From the NCBI RefSeq assembly GCF_037042905.1, contig NC_087252.1, positions 19,098,001-19,162,000 of the forward strand: a DNA stretch of 64,000 bases, read 5' to 3'. Each line of letters begins with the position of its first letter. The stretch's first letter is position 1. Positions 10,776 to 25,600 of this stretch are shown here, one piece after another. This DNA is from Lytechinus pictus (lineage: Eukaryota). Below the pieces are notes generated by a model that did not search any database, had not been told where the DNA came from, and was given only the letters and a program-made list of their open reading frames with translations. Both the position numbers and the translations under genes were made by a program.

Positions 10776-13700
10776 CTGTGAAAGGGCATAACAAACACAA
10801 CTTGAGCACATTATCTAAATATATTTTTTTCTTTTGTAGAAGGCATTTAAAGATAGCATTAGAAAAACTTCATATTTAATTTGATTTTTTTCCGTCAATT
10901 TTTTATTTATGACCAGTAATCAAATTGATGACAGCCGTTAACACATGGCTAATAATCTAATTGCCATTGTTAAAGATTGAAGAAAAATGACGTTTATGTA
11001 TATTTCTAGGCTGCTCATAGGTATTGTATTGTATCGTATTCATAATATTGATCGTATTAAATTGATATTTTATTGATATTGTATTGTATTGATTATCTTA
11101 CTTTTACTGACTTGATTTCTACAAATTGCTGTTGGAAATTTATAAATGAAAGTCAAACTTTAGTATCTTTAAAGAGAAAATTCAGAGTGAACATAGGGTA
11201 TATTGAAAAAAAAAATCAAAGACAGGCTTACATGAAGATGGAACTCGTTGTGGCAATGAAAGAACCACCATCCAGGATTATCAGCAATAAATTGGATGAC
11301 AGTGTAACCAGCGTTGGTCGTGATGACGGTATCCTTCTCGGGTGGGTTGTTGAAATTTCTTTTGATTGTTCCATCTAGTAATACAATGATACTTGACCGA
11401 ATCAAAATGAGGCATGCAAAACTTGATTGATTCATTCTTAACCCAAAGACAAAGCGTTACATGGATGAGACCACTGTCACACTGATAGGCGGGCTTGGGA
11501 CCATTGCCCCACCCCCAAAAAAGAAGAAAATAAAACAAGACCCAAAAAAGGAGGAGAAAAGGAAAGAAAGTGAAAGACAGGAGGTGAAATGTTATATTTT
11601 CTTCTGAATACTATGCCAAAATCTATCACGAAATTCGATTTTCATATTCAAATTGTCAAATATGTTTGCTGGTTCGCAGAGTTTATGAAAATTTGCCCCA
11701 TATGTTATGTTTAACCACCTCAAATTTTTTGGCTCAGTATGCGACTTGGTGAAAGTCTTTCGCGAATGCATCATGGTGTCATGTTCTTCGGTTCAAATTT
11801 GATACACCAGAGTGTTTCATTAAAAATCCATTGGAAAAAATGACAGATCTGAGAACTTTTCTTGGTTTCTACGGGTTAGAAGCATTGGCGGCGGAAGCCA
11901 AAAATTTTAGGGGGGGACCACCAACATTTTTTGACAACCAAAAAAAAAAGGTTATATAGCAACCAAAATTTTAGGTTAGGGGGGACCGACATACTTCAGC
12001 CGCTTATGGTTAGAAGTACGTATTCTGATACTTACTACGGTCCATGGCGATTACTTCGTCTACTCCAAGGCGATCACCGCCGAACCCTTGGGCCAGAACT
12101 CTGAACGTGAAACCATGCAGATGAAATGGATGAACAGCTAAATACAGGTTTCCCTCGTCAACCAAAACGATCTCAATAGTCTGCAAAGGGACATGGTGAT
12201 GATGGAGGAATGAATATTAGAAAGTTACGATGAGGCAGTCTTGTCTTAAATTATAGGAAGGTTTGGGGTTAAATTTTGGTTGAGATTGGTTGAAGGGTAA
12301 GGATTTTCACATCGAAACTTGTCATATAATCTTTTAAAAATGTCATGTGATTTTCATGATAGTGGTAAAGGTTGAAAGGTTTGATTGATTGTCGCTGGGC
12401 CTATTTTCAGACTACCGTGGCACTCTTTCGTATTACAATGTTTCATTTCAGCACTTCCTTGGCGTAAATATATACCACATAAATGCTGTGAGTATTTGAA
12501 TGGACTTATACTAACTCAAGATGTGTAACTCTAAAGAAACCTGATCACTTTCTACTATAAAGTCTCATGTGGGGTTTTCGGGGTTTTTTTCCAAGAAGCA
12601 ATCATTCCCAATAATAATCAGTTTTTTCTCAAGGCCTGTGGAAGACCAATAATCATTAACAAAAAATTATTAGTTTTCATCATGAAAAGAATACACTTTA
12701 TTTCAACATTTTTAACTCAACGGGCCATCCGGTTAAATAAATGTATTTCAAAATACATGGATAATATTTATGACAGTGATGAAGATAATTTTAATAGTTA
12801 TGACAGTGATTAAGATAATTTTAATAGTTATGACAGTGATTAAGATAATTTTAAGGATAATAGTATTGATAATATGAATTTTACCACTGTTGATGTTATT
12901 GTTATCAAACTTATAATTTTTTTTACAATTATTGTTAATATCATTATCAATATCATTAGACCTATTACTATCAATTATCATGATCCTGGTTGAAGCTATC
13001 AACAGTATTAAGATTATCATCTACATTATAATCATCGTCATCCCTTTTATCATCACCGCCATCGTCACAGTTATCATCATAATATTAACCCATACAAACC
13101 TCATTCATTTCCACTTGAACAACTTGGGTGCAGCGACAGAACTCGGTCTTGCATCTCTCATTCATCTCCTCGTCATCAAAAAGGCAGATATCCTCGCCGT
13201 CAGTCTCGTCACGGTACTCAGAAAGAAGGGAGTAACTGGGCGGTTTGAACGCTCGGTCGTTGAGTAATGGGTTGTATTCGTCGTCCCAGTAACGTTCATC
13301 AGCAAACTGTAAGAAAGATTTAGACATCCGAGTGGCTTACAATAGGAATTTTTCGCGTCGCGACTTAGATCGAATTTAAGAACACAGTGAATGTTTTGAA
13401 AATGTCCGTCAAATGACAATGAACAGCTCGTATTTGTCGAAATGTATTGATCCAGAACAACACTTTTGCCGTAATTTTCGGAACTGACGAAAATTTCAAC
13501 AACCATATCATTGGTCCAGAGTCCAGGACGAAACATCCGACTAGAATCACCAATTTTCGACTAAGATTGCCTGGATTCTCTTTGTCACGAAAGGCATTTT
13601 ACAACGTTCTGTGACGAGGTGCGAACATTTAATAATGATTATAGAGTGTATACGCTTTAGAGACATGCACAAAATTCAGCGACACAGATATTAATAGGGT

Positions 13701-16700
13701 GTTTTCACTCAGCGCAAGAATAATATACCGTCGCACGTAAAAATCAACGTGATAAAAAAATTCATAAAATTGAAAGTTGAACAAAAAGAATAATAACAAT
13801 GACAATAATAATACGGAGAAGAAAAAGAAAAAGAGGAAGAAGCATATATATATTAGTATTCTTTAGGCAGATGGAATGAACAGTAAGAAAAAGAAGAAAA
13901 TATGAAGAATAAAAATGTGAAAATACAAGAGGAAAATTTCATGAGAGAGGGACCATAAGATACGTTTAATTATCTGTACCACCAGTACTGATATACATTA
14001 ATTCATTCATACTCTACTTACATCATTAAAGTCTGTAGTCATGTAGAATGTACGTTTATTCTCTTGTGGTAGTGTCGCATTTTCTGTAATAGAAAATTAA
14101 ACGTTAAATAGATAATGTACGTTCGACCATCATCCGTACAGTATAACTTATTTGAAGGAATGTAGGAAACCAACAACATATACCAGATAGTGATGCATCG
14201 GGAGGGCATCGTACATCGATGCATGTGCAAGATAGTACTTTCTTTAAATACAGATTTATTTGACGGTTCTCTTTCTATCTGTCGCCATAGTCTCTCTACA
14301 TAAAATGTGAGTTAATTATTGAATTTTAACAATTTTCTCTTCATCCGCCGTGTGATTTTCTGAGATTTCTTGTATCTTTAGAGGGGAAGACGATCCTCCG
14401 TCATATCTGTTTCTGTTAATGGTAACTCCCGTAGAAACTCGGCAGTACAGCTTTTTGCTGGTAAACGCCAAGCTGGTATATAACTAATTGCGCCTAGGTT
14501 AATCAGTTATGGAGGCTGACGTTATAGACGACAGATATTATTCTCGTGTCTTTTTATCAAAGTGGAGGCAATGGCAGAGTGGGGATTCGAACTCACAACC
14601 TTGCGATTATGAGTCCAATGCTCTAACCATTGGACCACACGACCCGTGTGTACAGAATTCGATTGAGATTTTCCCCGTCCCTATACACATCCCTACCCCC
14701 TTCCCGCACGTTTCGCTCTTTACAATTGTCCAATAATAGTCCAGACAATCTAGCCAGAATAGGGGGGTAACCCACCACTAATTACAACACGAGATATTCC
14801 ACTGAAATGCTTTCCAGGAAGGTCCCCTAAACAACATACTAAAAGTCCCAAGAAATCCAAGCAGTGGAAATTTATGAAATTTGCATATTATGCAAATTAG
14901 CCATGAAAAATTAGAAAAAGAAGGGAAATCATCCAAAGATTACAAATTAAATGTCCAAAACAATTTAATTTGAATGGAAATTCATGATAAATAATTGAAC
15001 TCAATGTTTTTAATCAAAAGTGCAAAAAATTCTACCTCATTTGCATATTATGCAAATAAGCATCCTTATATGGAAAAAATGTCAAGATATTGTGATTTTT
15101 CTCATATAGACTGCTTGAAAACATTTTATTAATGTTGACATTAATATGCTACTATATCACTAAGCATGATAATTCATCCCAATGCCTGAAAATCAATTTG
15201 CATATTATGCAAATTATCCATTTAAAAAAATAGAAAATGAGGAAATTAATCCAAAGATTACAAATTAAATGTCCACAGCAAGTAAATTTTTAACAAAAGT
15301 TCATGATGAATAAATAAGTTCAATGTCTTTATTCAAAAAAGCTAGCAAATCTGCCTCATTTGCATATTATGCAAATAAGTATCCTTATATGGAAAATGTC
15401 AAGAAATTTTGATTTTTATCACATTGACTAAAGTGAAAACATTTCAGTTTTTCAAATTAATATGCTGCTATCACTAAGCATTCAAATCTATCCTGATATG
15501 ATTTATATTCAAGGAAAAATACTGGAAATATGTTCTTCGCTTCCTAAGCGTTAGTCTGACAAGATGATGGGATTGGCAAGAACAAAGCACAGTATTTGAA
15601 TTGGTGTGTAGTTTGTTAGAGTTGACAACCCTTTCTTATATGGATGGGAACGACTTAGACTTTCTTGAAATTTCACCGCATAATCATGACAAAGGGAGGC
15701 CAGGAAAAGCAAACTTATGTCAGGTAAGATCTGATGAGTAGTCTCATTAAGAAGTGCAGCAGAGATTCCGTCTGGCCTTGTAGCTTCATGCAGGTTGTTT
15801 TCTTTAACAATTTCTTTAGTGGTCTGGCTACACCTGCTTGACTAAACAATATGTTATCTGGCCATATCTGGGTCAGGACTGGGTCCTAGGACTTCAGCGT
15901 CATCATCATCATGATCAGTGGTGAATACTAAGACTAAAAATCTTTGCCTTCCTTTAATAATGATATTCCAATGTAGTCATAGCTAATGATATTAAGGGCT
16001 CCCAACATGCTAATTGTTACAGCCTGGATCATTGTCACTCCGGTCAACAAATTATGTTATATAGGCTTGTCTACAAACCCTCTTATGGTCCTCTTTAAAT
16101 GCATTGTAGCAATTCTGAGCTTTACCTTACTGATGCTTTTGGAGCTCTAAAATATGCAAGCCTTCCTAGCTTTTCTCTAAAACTCTTCCGACACAACTTA
16201 TGTCCATTGTCTCATTGAGGCAACTTGTGTCGGAAGAAGACATGGTTAACGGTGAGTTCTTGTTAAAGTCCTCTTGATTGGCATTCAGTCTCCTATGCTC
16301 GACTTGTCGGATTTCAGTACAGAGAGTTGTATGATTGTCCAAAGTACATCTGCATGACACTATTAAAGCCAGCATTCCTCCAGAAGAACGTCCTTATAGT
16401 CGTACCATAAAATGTTAATTCCTCTGTAAAACCTCACAGTATACCCATGAGTAGCACATTGTGGCAAATAAATCCTGGAAGTGGTACACACTGTCTATTC
16501 AATGTCGGATGGTATTTGATGGTGATGTTAAGGGTGTTCCATTATGTTGTGTCCTCTTGTTGGAAAGGCAATAATCTGGCTTAATCCTCCATCTAGATTG
16601 TTTATTGTCTCACTGAGGAATTTCTGTTTACCATAAATATCAGGAAATTAATATTATTATTTTCATACGACTTACTTAGAAACTATAGCTTTAATATTTG

Positions 16701-16966
16701 GAGATGGTTGCCATAGGAGGTTTATCAAAGAGGAAAGAACAGAAAATGGATGCTTCATCATGAAGCAGCAACTGGATTCAGCAAGAACGTCTAATCACGA
16801 TTCCTGTATCTGAGAAAGATGCCTATAGTGCACTTTAAGCCTTCATCATGAATTTATGAATGGCTTTCATGTCGCTCGTATAGGCAAATGCCCATTGTTA
16901 CTCTTATTAAGCATGCCCAGAGATCTTGTGATCTAAGCAAGTACTCATATTCACCACCAAGACAAG

Positions 16967-17007
<41 letters not shown>

Positions 17008-20000
17008 GGTTCTTGTAAAGCGCATGTATCCGCCTCAGCTGGGCGCTCATGGCGCTTGCTCAAAAATAGGAAATATCTCACAAATTTCAATGTCTTCAAA
17101 CAGTGCTTAGGATCATCATTCAGTCCAAGTATTGTCCTAGTAATGCTACAATTGAGTTATTCTTGTCTCGGGATAATGTTGGAGTGGGGAACAGAAAGGT
17201 CTTCAGGTAAGACTCAAAAGTTGATTGGGTCTCTGCTCTCCTGATAAATTGGGGAAGGCTATTCCACAGCTTTGGTCCAGAGATGTAGAAGGCTCTGTCA
17301 CCCTAGGTTGTGTGGCTGAGAGATTCCCTTAGCAATGCTTGAGCTGCTGATCTGAGACTGCGTGTTGGTCTATGCTGAGATAAGAGCTCTGAGATGTAGG
17401 GTGGAGATTTATCGTTAAACGCTTAAAATACAAGGACCCCAAGTTTATAAGCTAATGGTGTGCTACAAGGACCAAACATTCGAAGCTAATGGGCTTTTAT
17501 TTGTACGGGTGTGACATCTTGTGCTGATCACTTGGCAATCCAGGAGTTGGTAGCGTGGACTATACTCGCAAGAAACGCAAAGTCTCTACAAAGTCAAGAA
17601 GAGAGCAAGACTTGGATGGAAATAATGAAGCATTCAAGCAGTGGGATCCATGTAGAATGGACTCATCATTGTACAATATGAGTGGGGTAACTGCTCGTGA
17701 CAAAAGTCAATATCAACCAAGCAAGAAGTGTAGGGAAGGTCATCATGGTTAAATACACATAATCTACATGGAATTTTAGAGGAAAGTATCACTTATGTGT
17801 TTCCTTGAATATTTATAACATGTCAGATGCTTATTTGCATAATATGTAAATTACACTTCAGATATTAAGCTGATTATTAATGTATTTGCCATTCTTGATG
17901 ATCACATCATATTGATCTAGACTGAAATGTTTTCATAACTGTTTTTGTGAGAAAAATCAAAATTTCTGGATTTTTTCCATATAAAGATGCTCATATATAT
18001 GCAAATGAGGTAGATTTATTTACGATTTTTTATTCAAAAAATAAATAAATTTGTAAAACTTATCATGGGCTTCAGTTCAATTCGTATTGATTTCTGCACT
18101 TCATTTCCAATATTTGAATTATTTTCCTTATTTGTAATTTATTATGGTTAATTTGCATAAAATGCAAATTTTGTGATTTGCTTGTATATTTAAGGACTTT
18201 TAATATGGTGTTTAGGAAACCTTCCTGTAAGGTATTGCCATATTCCAATTCCAATAGATAATCTACTTGCAATTTTTGAGGGATGTATCACCAGGGTGTT
18301 TTCTTGAATATTTATTACATGTTAGATACTTTTATTTGCATAAAATGCAAATTACACTACAGACACTAAGCTGAATACAAATGTATTCAACGTCCTTAGT
18401 GATGGTGATAGCAGCATGTAAATTCCAACATTAATGAAATTTTCAAGCAGTTAATGAGAGAAAAATCATAATACCTTGACATTTTTCCATATAAGGATGC
18501 TTATTTGCATATTATGCAAATGAGGTAGATTTTTTTGCACTTTTGACAAAAAACATTGAATACAGTTATTTATCATGAATTTTCGCTCAAATTGAATTGT
18601 TTTGGACACTCACTTTGTAATCTTTGGGCTATTTTCCTTATTTTTCTAAATTTTTATGGCTAATTTGCATAATATGCAAATTTCATAAATTTCCACTGCT
18701 TGGATTTCTTGGGACTTTTAGTATGTTGTTTAGGGGACCTTCCTTGAAAGCATTGCAGTGGAATATCTCGTGTTGCAATTAGTGGTGGGTCAAACCCTAT
18801 ATTGACTGGACTATAACTCAAGACGAGAGAAATCCTCTCAACTCGTGCAAAGAAAGATAAATGTCACCACCATACTCTATACAGAATACCTTACCGACGG
18901 CAACTAATTCATTGACCGTAATGACGTCTTCAGAAGCAGGCGTGTTGAATTTCTGGTATATCACTCCCTCTCGATTTGAAGAGGGGTTCAATGAGGGGTT
19001 CTCTTCGGGGGCACCGCGGTACCTTACGATTGCCAATCCCTGGTTGTCGACTCTACCTCGACCCAACTCTTGAAACTTCATCCAGTAGTTACATCCGTTC
19101 GTTTGTGCTGCGTTGAGTATGACATCGTATCTTTTTGAAAAAGGCAGATAAAACATAAAATAGAAATAGAAATATAGCTGTGCTGGCGTCCAGGGGATAT
19201 GACATTTGCTCCGACAGAATTGATTCGGTGGAATATCTTTAACTTATTAAAGCTCTTGTTCTAGTCATCAAGTCATTCCTAACAAAAAAAAAACACTAAC
19301 GGTGAAAAATAAGGATAATGACGAATTTTTAGCACGTGTGAAACCAAAGTACTACATGATTAGAATCACGAACGCTGATCACAATAACGAATTTAAATTC
19401 TACCCCGTAGGTGAATTCCAGTTAAGTTTCACTCAAATTACGGTATGAATTTTGCGTGTGAAAGGCTTGACCTCCAATCATCTTTTGGGTGCGGAGCGTA
19501 CATGACCTGGCAAGCACTCATCGTAGTTTTGATTAGCGATGCAGTGCTTTGATTAACAAGTCACAAGGACACATTCCGCCTTCGCTCGGGAATTCGAATT
19601 CAAATCACAGTTTTCGAGTGAGCGTTTGAAAATTCTGATGATTCTAAAGACGAGTTGCAATCATCATTGATGATTCAAGATTCAAGTGTGAAAAGGCCTT
19701 TTGTCTAGGCGGTTAATATTTTTTTATTTTTTAAGAAGCATCAATTTCCTTTTAGTATGATTGAATTTAATCCTTCCCGTTAATCATGTTCAAATAGAAC
19801 CGTCATTGCCAAATCTTCCTTTCTATCTTGTAAAATAATGTTTAGTATTGCTTTAGTTCCATATGAATACAAGACGTTTTTCTGTTAATGTCAGTTCGAT
19901 CCTGATGATAATCTGAAATAAAAGGTCGAACTCGCGAATTATGGCTCTACTCGCAGTTTTCGTCCTGTCATTTTATTCAATGATATATGGCAATAATGGA

Positions 20001-22558
20001 GTATTGCTTACGTACTGTAGCTATGGCTTACCTTTCTCCTCCGTAAATAACCAGGGCGTCGACCTCTTGAGGTTGAACATATGCCCCATCACTGGCAATA
20101 ATTGTGAGGGTATGGTTGTCTACAGAAACGGTGAAGGCTTCACCACTGGTTGCCGTGCTGATCAACCGGAAACGATAGCTCTTGCCCTGGATCATAATGA
20201 AAGGTCAAACTTCAGTGTCCAAAAAGTAACTGTTCAAACTAAACATCAACAGATTTATAGTAGTAAATGATATTCAACTAGAACCAGAATGGGTATAATG
20301 TATACTGTACGAAATTGTATAGCCATAAAAAATGGAAATCGTTCATAACACAAATATGTTTGACATAGTATTTCAAAATATGTATTAGTGTACGCATATT
20401 CGACGAAAGAAATGATTGTAAAGATAGATAAGTCTAGTACTTAGCTCATGGCATAATATTTACATTATATTAGGAGTTTGATTCAGTAAAGGCTACATAA
20501 AAGAGACCTTCCGGAGGAAGACCATAGAGATGCGGGGCTTGTCAGAACAATGTCCCAAAGACCACCAGCATGACCAGTCTACTTACTTCTTCTACTTCAA
20601 AGACTTCCCTAGGTGTGGCATGGGAGCTGCCGTCGCTCTCTGCAGTGTACCCGACAAGCTGAGCCTTCCCATTGATGAGAACAGAAGGTGGAGAGACCAT
20701 TTCATCCACGTGGTGTTCTAGTACGAACAACTCGACGGCAGCTTCATGAGACCAGTCGCTTATCATGACAGTGTGTTCTGATAGGTCATAGTCGTAGAGG
20801 GCGCTGTGTGGGTTGTCCTAATGTTACAAAAGGAGTAGAATATTCCCTTTTTTCATATAAACATTATTTTAGAAATCGTCGACAGTAAAAAGCACAGATA
20901 AAACCACTAGCTTCGAGATGTTGCATTACATTATCATTTGATAGCGTATTACAAAGTTCAACCTGATTCAACCGAAAATTGCAATCAACGTACGTCTTAC
21001 AATAATTATGTCAGTTTGTAAACAATAGGCACAATATGTAAGGGAAAATATTTTCGGAACTTCCAACTGAGTTTCTGGTCTTCATGTTCATGATAATAGC
21101 CCAATAAACAGTATGTCATCATAATAACTCATCATCATGACCATCATTATCACCATCATGCTCATTATGATAATAATAATACATGTAGAGATAATATTTC
21201 TTATTTACCACGGATAGCCACCTAAGCTCCAATGGACTGTCCTCCCAGAGGGCCTGCGTTTCTTAATAATATTATTATCTTTCTCCTACAACAGCATCTA
21301 GAGCTTCAACGCCTGACAAGAAGGTCGAAGGTCCCATATCCTGTCTTTAGTATAACTCGGCCCGGGATCGAACCCACGAGTGTCGTTATCATCATCACCG
21401 TCATCATCAGTATTACCATCATCACCATCACGCCATCAGCATATCATCACCCTCATCCCCATCACAGCACCAACACCCTCATCGTCGCCATCATCATCAT
21501 CATCAACATAATCACCATCACACCACCATCACAATTACAGCACCAACATCATCATCACCATCATCATAACTATCATCATTATCATCATCTTCATCATCCT
21601 CATTATTATCACCATCATCCTCGTATCATCAAGCTTACCTCTTCCGGTTCCCTGACAACGAGTGGACCGAAGAGTCCATCGGACCGCTGAAAACCTACAT
21701 GAGAGTGCCACCAGTGGGTGCCGGTCCGATCGGCGGTGAAGTCATAGGTGAAGGATGAGAAAGGTGTAATAGGACATTGGGTGATCAGGGAGGCGCCGTC
21801 CATGTATGGTGTTTTCCGTTGGAGAAGGCCGTGCCAGTGGATTGATACACCTTCACCATCGTCGAGCTCGTTGTTGACTTCGACGATGATACGATCTCCT
21901 TTGCAAACCTGACGTATGACATAAATCATGTACATGTAACCAATTGAGTATTCGTTTGTACTTCGATGTCTGCTACCTCTGACGAAGTACGCAATTCGAA
22001 TCACAACTATAATTTAAACTCGATCTTCTTTCTTAATAGACTCAAACCTGTCTGTGAAGACCATCAAAGCGAAAGTGACCTTTTATAATCAATCGCAGAC
22101 AATTCGATGGCCGTCAAAGACATGTTTCCACTCTAGCCTATAAACTTGTTCTTAGCCAATCAGATGCAATGATTTCAGTTGCTTATAACAAAAAATCATC
22201 GAAAATCTACAATAACTATTTGATTCATGAAAGGTTCCCAAGATTATCACAATCTCTCCATAAAGTAGGTCGTTCCACGGGAAAATACTTATTTCCATGC
22301 GACTGCCCTCCCACTCTTCCTCGTTCTTTATATCCCTTCTCTATCTCCCTCTCTCTCCCTCTTCTTTTCCTTCCTTTTTCCCTATCTGCATTTGAAATTT
22401 TTGTCTTGTCTTCAAATCAGCTTCGACGATCCTTGATTTACACACAAGATGGTCAGGCCGGAAGGTAACGTGGAAGTCCAAATACCATTACTACCTCATG
22501 AAAGTCTACTACTACTCTTTCCGTCTTTCTCCAACTCCCTTCCCTTGTCTCAACCTCT

Positions 22559-22608
<50 letters not shown>

Positions 22609-25600
22609 ATGTCTCACCTCGATTGCTGGACCAGGAAGCTGGCGATTGGCCACAACTATTGGACGACGAAATCCATCGGCCGCCACGCACCGTTCGCGTT
22701 CGCAGTCACTCTGATTGCAGGGGCAGTTAAAACAAGCTCTCGACATCGTTGAATACCATTCGATGTCGAAAGTATATCGGCATGTCATCGGTTCCGACAC
22801 GACGCATTCTCGGAAGCATTCATGGGGTTCTGATGATGGAAGAAAGGATGAAGCAATACGAGAAAGAACGTATTCGTTAAAATTGTTTCATTTTGAAATG
22901 AAATTGTCTATTTCCATTTGGCATTATGGAACTTCATGACTTCATGGGACACGATTTGGCAAAGGGAACATCAAGATTCATTAATTAGACACTTCAGGCA
23001 ATAAAAAAAAATTGTTAAAAGTATATCATGATAGTGCACGGAAACCCCCATTTCCGACTAGACTATTTGGCATTATGGAACTTCATGATTTTGCAATGTA
23101 TTATTTTGACCAAAACTGCTAGCCGCATTTGTTTCTGTTATCATGTAATCGGTTCTCTTTATCGTTTTTACATTGCTCGTTTGGAGGGTTCAAACACGAG
23201 CACATCATGTCATTCCTATATCGTATAGGCATTGGTATATGATGTAATTTTTCACTCTTTTTCAGAATCCCTCATTCCTCATTGAAAAAATGATAAACCT
23301 AGCTTAGACGTGATGAAATAATTGATAAATGTGATGATGATAATTGTTCATGTTTTCCTAATAGTAGAGCGGATTAGCTCCAAAAATCACAACAATTGTG
23401 CAAATTTTGACTAAAGCATGAAACTTTCACAAGTATTAGTATATGCCGTAAGATTTATTTTAAAGATGGGAGGTAAATTTATAAATGCCATTTTCGGCCG
23501 TTGCCATGGCAACGGATTAATTTCTCAAAAATAACATACATTCCCATGTAAATGGTAAATAAACATGATATAGATGACCAAAATTATAATTTTCAGGCTT
23601 TCAATTGAATACATATGAAATTTAGAAATATTCAAGATCACCAAGATAGTTCCAATTGGTCCGTTGCCATGGCAACGGCTTGTTTTTCCCCAGGAAAATG
23701 AAATTTTTGATTAAAAAAACGTTGTAGAATATGATTTATCTCTAATTTTATAGTGTTAAACAAAGATATTTTGGTTGCTAAATATATCAATTACATCTCA
23801 AGCCATTGCCATGGCAACCCAATAACATCTAATTTACAAAAATAACATGGTTGACAAGACAATGGACAGGTGGAAAATACAATAAAAATTGACTTGATCT
23901 GTATGCTTAAGTTTTACCCCCTCATTTGAACAAAAAATACAGAAAGTGTTCTGCAGGAGTTTTTAAAAAGATAAAAAAATTATGTTGCCTTGGTAATGCT
24001 TGAATTAAACTTAAAAAAAACAATATTGCAAAGTGCCCGTTGCCATGGCAACAGCTTATTTCCCTCTAGAAAGGTAAAAATACTGATAAAATGTAGAATA
24101 CATGTATGATCATCATTCCACTTTCAATAATTTTAAGGTACTAATCGAGATATGTTTGTGACTAAATTTATAAATATAACATCTTAAGCCATTGCCATGG
24201 CAACCAGATAACATCTAATTTAAAAAAACCATGGATGACAAGGTTATGGACAGGTGAAAAATACAATGAAAATTCACTTAATGTACATGCATAAGGTTTG
24301 ACCTACTCAATCAATTTAGGGGAAATAATACAGTGAGTGATCTGCATGAACTAATTAGAATGATAAACGTTTATGTTGCCTTGGTAATACTTCAATTCAA
24401 CGATAAATATCAATGTTGCAAATGACCGGTTGCCATAGCAACGGCTCATTTACCCAAGAAAGTACCAGATTTTATTAGAAAAAGGACTGTAGAATCTGAT
24501 TTTTCTTGCATTTCCCCTAATCTTAGTGTGCTGAACATAGAAATGTTTGATGCAAAATGTAAAAATAACATCTGAAGCTATTGCCATGGCAACCAAATAA
24601 TATCTAATTTACAAAAAATAATAATTTGGATGACAAGATTATGGACAGGTGGAAAATACAATTACAAATATCTCAATGTGCGAAAGGTTTGGCCAGTCAT
24701 CTAATTTTGAACAAAAAAATCACTAAGTATTCTGGATGAGTTCATTAGAATAATAGATTGATGTTGCCTTGGTAATACTTGAATTTATTAATAAATATTA
24801 GTGTTTCAAATGTCCCGTTGCCATGGCAACAGCTCATTTTCCCCAGAAAAGTATCAGCAGCTTTGACAAACAAAAACATTGTAAAGTCTGATTTTTCTTT
24901 CATTTCCCCTAATTTTAGGGTGCTAAGCATATATATGCTTGTTGTTAATACATAGATAACATCTTTAGCCATTGCCATGGCAACCAATTAAGATATAATT
25001 TATAAAACCAAAAAAATAATACGGTTTAAATGATAATGAACAAGTGGAATGTAAAAATTACTTAATCTACATAATGTTTTACCAGTCATTAAGTTTTGAA
25101 CAAAAATTACAGTAAGTGTTCTGCATGAGTTCATTAGCATGATAAAAACTGATGTTGCCTTGGTAATGCTTGAATTTAATGATATGAATACCTTAAAATT
25201 ATTGAAAGTGGAATGATGATCATACATGTATTCTACATTTTATCAATATTTTTACCTTTCTAGAGGGAAATAAGCTGTTGCCATGGTTTGTTTTTTTTAG
25301 TTTGATTCAAGCATTACCAAGGCAACATAATTTTTTATCTTTTTAAGAACTCCTGCAGAACACTTTCTGTATTTTTTGTTCAAATGAGGGGGTCAAAACT
25401 TAAGCATACAGATCAAGTCAATTCTTATTGTATTTTCCACCTTTCCATTGTCTTGTCAACCATGTTATTTTTGTAAATTAGATGTTATTGGGTTGCCATG
25501 GCAATGGCTTGAGATGTAATTGATATATTTAGCAACCAAAATATCTTTGTTTAACACTATAAAATTAGGGAAAATTAGAGATAAATCATATTCTACAACG

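Noticed and set aside
14570..14646. tRNA-Met-like gene (CTCATAA loop); similar tRNA-like heads at 48793, 56833 and 63966
   Set aside because: The acceptor stems do not pair and the sequences continue into SINE bodies or tails, so they are SINE heads rather than tRNA genes.
15500..16960. Possible transposase remnant inside the 14737-18813 element
   Set aside because: All frames are interrupted and I could not recognise catalytic motifs; a tBLASTx search against Repbase would be needed.
21380..21630. Poly-His/Ile ORFs here and at 12748-13080, 26390-26587, 58060-58270 and 60370-60490
   Set aside because: They are (CAT)n/(ATT)n microsatellites in introns or intergenic DNA.
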